A stretch of 62,988 nucleotides of DNA, the filler included, from Octopus bimaculoides (lineage: Eukaryota), in the NCBI RefSeq assembly GCF_001194135.2. It is 9 parts of 8 records of this genome, joined end to end, with 100 filler letters (N's around TTAATTAATTAA, not from the genome) between each part and the next. Parts side by side here need not be neighbours in the genome. Positions count along the whole stretch, not along the records: positions 50,956 to 53,951 come from NW_026359406.1; positions 54,052 to 60,318 come from NC_068992.1; positions 60,419 to 61,634 come from NW_026301693.1; positions 61,735 to 62,988 come from NC_068993.1; 5 more parts are not named here. One strand, written 5' to 3'. Both the position numbers and the translations under genes were made by a program. Every line of letters starts with the position of its first letter. The first letter of the stretch is position 1. Below the pieces are notes generated by a model. That model was given only the letters and a program-made list of their open reading frames with translations, was not told the origin of the DNA and did no database searches. Of the stretch, positions 53,764-62,988 are shown one piece after another.

Positions 53764-54290
53764 AATGTTGATGATGACAACAAAACAACAACATCAACAA
53801 CAACAGCAATATAAATAAAGTGATGTCCAGGATGATTCTAATGCTGTAAACAATAACAAAAACAAAAAAAAAATGAAGATGATATTCGCTGTTATCTTTG
53901 ATACTACGACTACTACTACTACTACTACTACTAATAATAATAATAATAATANNNNNNNNNNNNNNNNNNNNNNNNNNNNNNNNNNNNNNNNNNNNTTAAT
54001 TAATTAANNNNNNNNNNNNNNNNNNNNNNNNNNNNNNNNNNNNNNNNNNNNCTGGTGTTGGGTGCATGTCTTCTTTCACTGATTAGAACAGTCACAAACA
54101 GTGAAAGAAGACATGCACCCAACACCAGAGCTGAAGACACCTCCGAAAGGAGGGGCCCCGCCACGTCAGAACGGTAGAGGAGTAGGGGCCGAAACCGGAC
54201 GTGGTTCCTCCTGATGATGTCTTGAGCTAACTGGATCCTATAAAGGAGCTGTTGTGGTAGCAGACCACGAAACATGGCTGAAATTCCTCC

Positions 54291-54323
<33 letters not shown>

Positions 54324-55823
54324 TTTACATACATACACACACATATATATATATATACACACACACATATACACACATGTGTGTTTGTATTTCCTTTTCT
54401 TCACTATAGGGGCTAGTTATAAACAAGTATTATGATTATTCAAGTAAAGTCCCTTGTTTTCAGTCTTCCTTGAAATCATGCCTAACCAGGGGGAAATATT
54501 ATCTTGCTTGGAAAAAGGTGAGGGTTGGTGACAGGAAGGGCATCCAGCCAAGGATAAACCTATCTCAGTGAATTTCATATGACCCATGCAAGTACTGTAA
54601 AGTGAATATTAAAATAATGATGATGATGACGATGGAGATAGTGATGAAGATGATATTGATGATGATAATGCTGATGATGACAGCGATGATGATAATGACG
54701 ATGATGATGGTCATGACAACAACGATGATGATGGTGATGGTGGCAATGACGATGACAACGACAACGATGATGATAAGCAAAAAGAGGGGAGGGGCAAAAG
54801 GGAAAAGCAATAGAAAAACACAAATAAACAATATCAATTGCCTGTATTATATGTTACAAGGCTATACACACACACACACACACAATACTCTGACATATGC
54901 ACACACCCACAAACACACACACACACACACACACATTTGAGTGTGCAATCAAGATATAGAAATATTCAAAAACAAACATATCAGGGTATATATTTATTTC
55001 CTTTTATCACACAAACAGACGTTCTTCTTTTATCATAATCTATAGTTGTGTAACTACAATGAAAGGAAATGGTACCAAATGACAAGATATTTTTGAAGCT
55101 ATATATTCTGTATATTCAGGATTCGTACAGAAAATATGACAGTTGCACTGGATGCAAGATGTCAGGGTGTACACAGACCATGGCTACGAAAATAAATCAG
55201 TACATTACAAAGGGACAATGGAGGCAAAATTAAAATTTAACTGTCAGTATTTGTTATTTGCATATTTGTAAATAAATGAACGAGTGAATAAATAAGGAAA
55301 GAAGGAATGAAAGAAAGAAGTGACGGAAAATATTATGCTCTTGGTATGAATATATTATCGTTGATATACAAAAAATATCAAAAAAATAGTGAAGCATACA
55401 AATATAAAACTCCAATGTATTATAAACACATCAACAACAAAATCAACATAAACAACAACAACAATAATAATAATAATAATAATAATAATTATTATTATTA
55501 TTATTATTAGTAGTAGTAGTAGTAGTAGTAGTATTGTTAGGTGACATATGAAGGTGACATTGTAAGAACAAATTACAAAAATGGCAGTGATTGAAGAACA
55601 TTGTGTACAATCGATTATCAAAGAAAACAGCCTTGGAAACAAAAGAATGTGACAGGAAAGAAAAGAAGTGTCCCAAGAGAGGAGCAGCCTTATAAACATT
55701 AATGATAATAGACCACCGATTTAAAGCCTGAATTTAAGTGTGCTGAACTTAAATATATAAATACATACATACATCTGTACATATATACACATGTCTCTCT
55801 CACTTTCTGTCTCTGTTTTTGTG

Positions 55824-55878
<55 letters not shown>

Positions 55879-58092
55879 ACACACAACATATGTTTGTGTG
55901 TGTGTGCATACATACACAGGCAACAATAGTAGTCACACAGCTCGCAAAGCAAAACTGAAATGAGTTCTTAAATTACCTTAACAAATACTTTTCTGATGGG
56001 GACAGTTAGAGATTAGCTCAGAAATTTTGTTGAACTGATCAGATCTCTGTGTTAAAATATGAAACCTCTCTGTTAAACAAAGCCTGCATCTATGAGAGCT
56101 GGTAACAGACAACGTTAGCATTTTCGATAATTAACCAGCTGATTCTAAAATTTCCTATGTCTCTTTCAAATGTCAGATATTTAGATAATGAAGTAGCCTA
56201 CTTGTCCATATGGCTGAAGGAATATATGTACTGAATGCTCTATCTCTTAAACAACTTCTAATTAAGGTCAGTCTAGCTTTTTCAGTACTGTCTGCGGGGG
56301 TCACATTGCACAATAGACAAGTATCTTTGAAAGTTACTTCCCATCAAGAATACAAGTTGAAATATTAATGCAGATGCATTAAGTTGATTAGTTTGGAATA
56401 TTTCTATACGTAATATTACTCTGCTTATTCATTCTCCTTATGACAGTAGCCAGATTTTGGATGCAACTGTAACTCATTTTGATTTTGGTACTATTTTATT
56501 AAAAAATTTGTTATAAAAATGACTGTGTGGGAAGTGTTTGCGTTATAAGATATAAAAATCTCGCGGCTATATTGGATGACACATTTAATCTGAAAGAGGG
56601 GATTGTACCAAATATCTTTTTTTGCTTTTTTTCTTTCTTTTATATGTTTATGATGTTGAGTATATTATATTTTTCTTTGAATCTGAATCCTTTTAAGGCA
56701 TCCTTGTAATGCTCTGAAAAACGATTAAATCTATTCTTCATCTAAAGAAATATGTTATATATGTCTGACTACATACGTTATGAATATGCGGAAGGGGAGA
56801 ATGTAAATTCTGTTATATAGTATTGTATGGTAATAGTGTAGTATAGCGTTGTGAGCTAGTAGTGTACTATAGTGTTGTGTGGTAGTAGTGTACTATAGTG
56901 TTGTGAGAAAGTAAAGTTGTTGTAAATAGTGTAATATGGTAGCAGTTATAGTAGTAGTAGTAGTAGCAGTAGTAGTAGGTATGGTTGTAGTAGAAGAGTA
57001 GTAGTAGTAGCAGTAATGCTAGTGAGATGAAAGTAAAGTCTGGTTAAGAATAGGGTGGTGAGGGCAATGGTGTGGTGGTGGTGTTGGTGACGATAGTGGT
57101 AATGACAATAACAGGTGTGATGGTGTTGGTGCTAGTGCTGGTGAGGGTAGTAGTATTAGTAGTGATGATGATGGTGGAGTCGATGATGGTGATTGTCATA
57201 GTACAGGTAGTGGTCTTGATGGTTGTGTTGATGGTAGCAGTTGTATTGGTGGTAGTGATGGTGATAGTAGTTGTGGTTGTGGTAGTGCTGATGATGGTAG
57301 AAGTCAGTGGTGGTGGTAGTGTTGTAGTGGTGATGGTGGTAGTTGTGGCAATGATGTAGTTGTGGTAGTAGTTGTGGCAATAATGACAATGGCAGATGAT
57401 AGTGGTGGTGGTGGTAGTTGAGGTGGTGGTAGTAGTAGTTGGAGTAGTAGTAGTAGTTGTGGTGGAAGCAATAAGGTGGGAGTAGTAGCACTTGCAGTGG
57501 TGGTGGTGTTGGTGGAGGTAGTGGTGGCGGTGATGGTGGTGCTAATATATATGCAGAGATAGGGGGGTCANNNNNNNNNNNNNNNNNNNNNNNNNNNNNN
57601 NNNNNNNAGCAAAAGTAACAATGAATATAGAAGTTTCCACTGAAATTGGAAAATATCATTTATTTATTCATTTTCCTTGATATTTTTGTTATTTTTCTAT
57701 TGAAAAATTATATTTATTTATTTATTTGCTTTATTCCTCTTTCATCGTTATTGATGATAAAAGTGAAAAAAAAGGTAGAGAGAAAAAGAGAGGAAAGAAA
57801 TCTATTTTTATCCAAAGAGAGAGGAAAGAAAACAAGATTCTGGAAACATTAGCAACTCCATAGAAATTTACTAATGCCAGAAGGTTATTTTATGTCAAAT
57901 TCAAAAACACCTATACACACACACACACACACACATGCATGCATATATATATACATACACACATACATACATACATATATATACATACATACATACATAC
58001 ATATACATACATACATACATGCACATACATGTACACGCACACACACATATGCATACATAAAGGTGTGAGGGCATGCACAGTATATACATACC

Positions 58093-58135
<43 letters not shown>

Positions 58136-58272
58136 ATTCATATACACAAACATAAAGATGTGTGTATATGCACACCCATAAGAATACATACATATATGTA
58201 TATATATAGACACCTACACACTCACACACATGTGTGTGTGTGTCTATATGTGTTTGTGTGTATCTATCTATT

Positions 58273-58305
<33 letters not shown>

Positions 58306-58950
58306 TGTTTCAGTCTTCAGGCTTAACCTTTTATATCACTATAGTTTTAGAGACTTCATTAGTGAACAGTTTTCAAATTTGAATACAGACAAAATTTCAT
58401 GCATGGATTTCGGAGCCCACCCCAGCCCTACCTTCAACCCCCACCATGCATCCTACCCTAAAGGACAAAGGGTAAAATTATACCTAAGCCAGATTTGTAA
58501 CTAAGAGCTTTCACTACATATAGCAAAAAAAAAACATCAACAACAAAAAATTGCTGACCATCGCTGTCTATTTGAACACCAGGCTATATCAAGTGTTATT
58601 TACCATTTTCTATGTATTTTCCTTGTTTCAGTCATTCGATCACTGCCATGCTGGAGCATCACCTTGAAGAATTTTAGCCGAATGAATTGCCCCCTGTACT
58701 TATTCATTTTTGTAATGCCTGCTACTAATTTTATCAGTCCTTTTTTGCCAAACTGCTAGGTAACAGAGTCATGGACACACCAACCCTAGTTGTCAAACAG
58801 GGGCAAGGGACAAACACATACACAAAGACACACACAAGCACACACACAAGCACACACTTATAGTGAAAAGGTTTGAGAAAAAGCACTAGATGGTTAATTG
58901 TAGTCAAAAGTATTATTAGAAAGAAAATACCCAGAAATTTTATGTTTGAA

Positions 58951-58982
<32 letters not shown>

Positions 58983-59029
58983 GAAAACTAGATTTGTTTC
59001 TACCAAAGATTGGTCCAGGCCATGTCTAA

Positions 59030-59487
59030 CTTAATAGTACCACTTGATAGGATTATCTAAACACTTTTAAGTCAAGTTTTGTTTATGGTCCATTCAAGTA
59101 GAGAGTTCTTGTTGAGTGAGTTGTATCCAAGTATGGGTGGCTTATCTGGTATTCCTTGAAGAAATCTGTCCAGACTCCGTTTAAAGGTGATGGGATCCTT
59201 TTCCTCTTTAATCAGTTTTGGGACAATGTTAAACAGGGCAGGGCCTGTTGAGGAAAAGAAATTATGTCACAGTGTACCTATATGTTGTGATCCTGAATTT
59301 GGCAGGGGATGTATGGCCCGTGGTCCCAGCCTTGTATGAACCTTGAAACTAATGTTCAGGTCGTTTGGGCAATGCTGGTGGTATATTCTTCATATCATAC
59401 AAATGATGTACTGCTCACAGTGGCACTGGAGAGAGTAGTTTCAAGGCTTTAAGGCGGTCCCAGTAATTGAGATCAGTCATGCCTTCA
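59030..59487 (-). mobile_element. 5'-truncated CR1-like LINE 3' end
   Basis: Minus translation IEGMTDLNYWDRLKALKL...FFSSTGPALFNIVPKLIKEEKDPITFKRSLDRFLQGIPDKP...GYNSLNKNSLLEW, with stops and a frameshift. Confidence 0.8.
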
Positions 59488-60261
59488 ATTCGTTTTATAT
59501 ATATATATATATATTTATTTTTATTTTTTTCAAACATAAAATAAAATATTTACATAGTCGACAGGTTTTGCTTATGCTAATCATGACTGAGTAATTAGTG
59601 ATAATGTTATAATTTCATGATATCATAAGTTTTCATTCCATACACACACACAAACATATATATATATAATCATGTAAACCACATTAACATTGGTTAGAAC
59701 AAAACGAAATAAAAACTAATGAACAAAATGAACGAATAATCATTTTTTCCAATGCTCGACTGATTCCATGAATCCAACACAATTCACTACCCTACACCAA
59801 AGCAAAATGAAGACAACCATAAAAGCCATCGATAGATCTTCCATAAAATATGCGGAGGTGTAGTTTTGGATGTTAGGTGGAAGATAAGTGAAAGAAACTA
59901 TTCCAGTATAATGGAAACAATTAAACACAAACTGTAATATAAATATGTTAACACGGAGAGCAGAGTCGTTTAAAGTGTACAAGGCCAGATACAGTGGAGT
60001 CGAAAAGACGAGGTGCAGTGATAGAGCAAAAGCTGGGCTTTTAAGTAGAAGAAAATTAATACGTGAAGCTTTTAATGTAAAGAAAATAGCATTAAAAATA
60101 TAATTAATAACAACAACAATAATAATAATAATGATAATAATAATAAAAATAATAATAATAAACAAAACGAGGTAAGAGTAATGCAATTATGAAATTATAT
60201 TGTGGAAGAATCTGGCATACTTCTTTTTTTCCCCTAGCTTTATTGTGTGTGATATGAGTGT

Positions 60262-60318
<57 letters not shown>

Positions 60319-60418
60319 NNNNNNNNNNNNNNNNNNNNNNNNNNNNNNNNNNNNNNNNNNNNTTAATTAATTAANNNNNNNNNNNNNNNNNNNNNNNNNN
60401 NNNNNNNNNNNNNNNNNN

Positions 60419-61634
60419 CGTACATACGTTCGCTCGTTCCTTCATTTCTTTTCTTCGTTCGTTCGTTCTTTTGTACGTACGGACGTATGAATATGTTTCC
60501 GTTCGTTCGTTGTTCGTTCGGTCGTTCGTTCGTTCGTACGAACGTACGAAGTGCGTACCTGCGTACGTAGATAAGTCCGTATGAACGAACGAACGATAGT
60601 ACGTAAGTAGGTACCTAAGTACGTACGCACGAATGAACGTAGGTACGAACGAATGAACGAAAGAATTAAAGAACGAAAGAAGGAACGAACGATAGAACAA
60701 ACGATTTAATGAACAAATGTAGGTACATACGGACGAACGAACGAACAGCCGTATGTACGAAGGATGGAACGAACGAACGTATGTAAGTAGTACGTAGGAA
60801 CGAACGAACGATTGAACGAACGTACAAACGAACAAACGAAATAATGTAACGTACGAACGAAGGAACAAAAGAACGAATGAACGAACGAAAGTACGTACAT
60901 ACGTACGTACGAACGAACGAACGATCGAACGAAAGAATTAGGGAACAAACGTAGGTACGAACGTACGTACGTACGAACGGACGTACGAACGAACGTACGT
61001 GTGTACGAAAGAACGAACGAACGAACGACCGAACGATCGATGGAATGAACGAAAGAACGAACGTACGTACGCACGAAGAATGGGACGTACGTATGTACGT
61101 ACGGACGTACAAACGAACGAACGAACGTACGTACGAACGAACGTACGTACGAACGAACGTACGTACGAACGAACTAACGAAAGAACTAACGAAGGTACTA
61201 CACACGTACGTGTGAACGAAGGAACGGACGTGCGTACGTAAGTACGTACCTGCGTACCAACGTATGTACGTACGTACATGCGTACTTACGAACTAACGAA
61301 CGAATGTACGTACGGAGATAAGTACGTACGAACGAACGAACGATTGTACATAAGTACCTACCTAAGAACGTACGCACGAATTAACGAACGAAAGTACGTA
61401 TGTACGTACGTACGTTCGTTTGTTCATTCGTTGGTTCATTCTTTCGTTAGTTCGTTCGTTCGTTCGTAGGTACGTATGTACGTTCGTTTATTCATTCGTG
61501 CGTACGTACTTACGTACGGTTGCTCGTTCGTTCATACGTACTTATCTACGTACGTACGTTCGTTCGATCGTTCGTTTGTACGTCCGTACGTAAGATTGTT
61601 CGTGCGTACGTACGTTCGTTAGTTCGTCCATTCG
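60419..61634. repeat. CpG-rich cryptic satellite of CGAA/CGTT and CGTA tetramers with polarity switches and inverted higher-order units
   Basis: Read directly; the whole contig between two linker gaps is made of these motifs. Confidence 0.95.
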
Positions 61635-61734
61635 NNNNNNNNNNNNNNNNNNNNNNNNNNNNNNNNNNNNNNNNNNNNTTAATTAATTAANNNNNNNNNN
61701 NNNNNNNNNNNNNNNNNNNNNNNNNNNNNNNNNN

Positions 61735-61773
<39 letters not shown>

Positions 61774-62595
61774 CAGAGAGAGAGAGCGAGGTGATTGTTT
61801 GATAGATATGTACGTCATGATTGCTTTTAAAATCAATGTATTTCCATTGCAGCACTCAACTCGAAGTCCTTACTTTCTACACCCTCAAATTGGAACTTTG
61901 TTGAAAATTGTAACTCCAGGAGCATCACACATTAAATGTGTGGTCTTGTGACTATACTATAAAACGATATTAAAAGATTTGCAGTAGTTATGATTGGGTA
62001 AAGCAAGAAATGTCTTGGTTTTCTTACTAAATGGAATTTCAAGTTGTAAATTCAAGCCGTACATTTGTGCAGTTTACGACCATTTTTTTAATTATTAGAA
62101 TATGCTGGCTACTGATGTCTCAACATCAGCGAAAATAGCTATATGAATGTCAAAGAATTTATTTTGTCGCCAAGTTTGGTAGCCATATGAAGTGTTTGAT
62201 AAAAAGAAACTACGATTGATATGTAGATCTTTGCAATATCAATGAGACAGAATCTTATATATGTAACATAAATGCTTGAGAAACTTTTATCAGCTGAGAT
62301 TATCCGAGCATTCCATAAACAAAATCCTTCTCTAGGTTAGATTAAAAACTAAAAACTACAAGTAAGATTGTTACCAGAAAATATATCATTTCTTGAACTT
62401 CTCTAAAACTTTATGGAAAATCCACAATTAAATACTACCTCCACTTCTAGGTCAGTTCTGCTGCTATAGATACGCCCAACCGAAGCTGTTCCTTGTCGTG
62501 CCTAAAATGGCTCCTGTACATCTAAGTTATATCATTCTATATCATTTACATTTGATTTTACCAGATACATATGTTTGTTTCTCTAATTTCATCAG

Positions 62596-62728
62596 CCTGC
62601 GTTCAAGATGAGACAAAATGTTCTGTCTGCATTTCTGTAAACAACACCAATAAGGCTGAGAAGAGATTTCTGCTACCCATGCAACCAAATGTCACTACAT
62701 ATCCAGCAAATATTAGCGACCTAATTAG
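62596..62728 (+). CDS. Candidate exon of an extracellular protein, probably the same adhesion-GPCR family (CVQDETKCSVCISVNNTNKAEKRFLLPMQPNVTTYPANISDLI)
   Basis: Acceptor ctctaatttcatcag|, donor AG|GTAAGG, only one open frame (phase 1 to 2), three Cys and three N-glycosylation sequons. Family assignment is inference from phase and location. Confidence 0.6.
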
Positions 62729-62936
62729 GTAAGGTCAGTGACAAACCAGTGACTTTCCAAAGACAAACAATATCAGTGAAGAAAAAAAAGAGGATGACTA
62801 TGGAAAAGCTGATTGTGTGTTACCTACGACTTTCATATCATTTTAACCGAATCTAGATCAGATGTTGCATCATAGTTATGACATAATGGAAGTAAAAGAT
62901 AAAGAAGGGATCTTGCCCATATATATATATATATAT

Positions 62937-62988
<52 letters not shown>

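Noticed and set aside
55120-55200. Candidate next GPCR exon (ENMTVALDARCQG...)
   Set aside because: Phase-compatible acceptor exists, but the peptide is short, reaches a stop, and lacks GAIN-like character.

Overview
AT-rich, microsatellite- and SINE-dense animal genomic DNA with many N gaps. The repeat families and gene content look like an octopod cephalopod (Octopus-like); this is inference from pattern familiarity, not a database result. Eight 100-nt gaps carry an artificial TTAATTAATTAA linker, so order and orientation across them are not guaranteed. Supported coding content: (1) the first coding exon of an alpha-arrestin (ARRDC-family) gene on the minus strand (20740-20863), with no later exons visible. 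(2) Three phase-compatible exons of an adhesion-GPCR-like ectodomain on the plus strand (47536-47693, 49612-49726, 50682-50848: SEA-like segment, HormR domain, start of GAIN). (3) A clean fourth exon at 62596-62728 whose phase suggests it belongs upstream of such a SEA-like exon, implying a tandem paralog or mis-ordered scaffold. Mobile DNA includes tRNA-derived and RTE-tailed SINEs, RTE, CR1-like, R4/Dong-like and Penelope-like (GIY-YIG) relics. The most unusual non-coding signals are several Penelope-type type I hammerhead ribozyme folds (best at 27343-27417 and 32615-32693, minus strand), a CpG-rich CGAA/CGTA satellite with inverted higher-order units, a 34-36-bp palindromic minisatellite, and a decayed duplicated mucin-like exon inside the GPCR intron.
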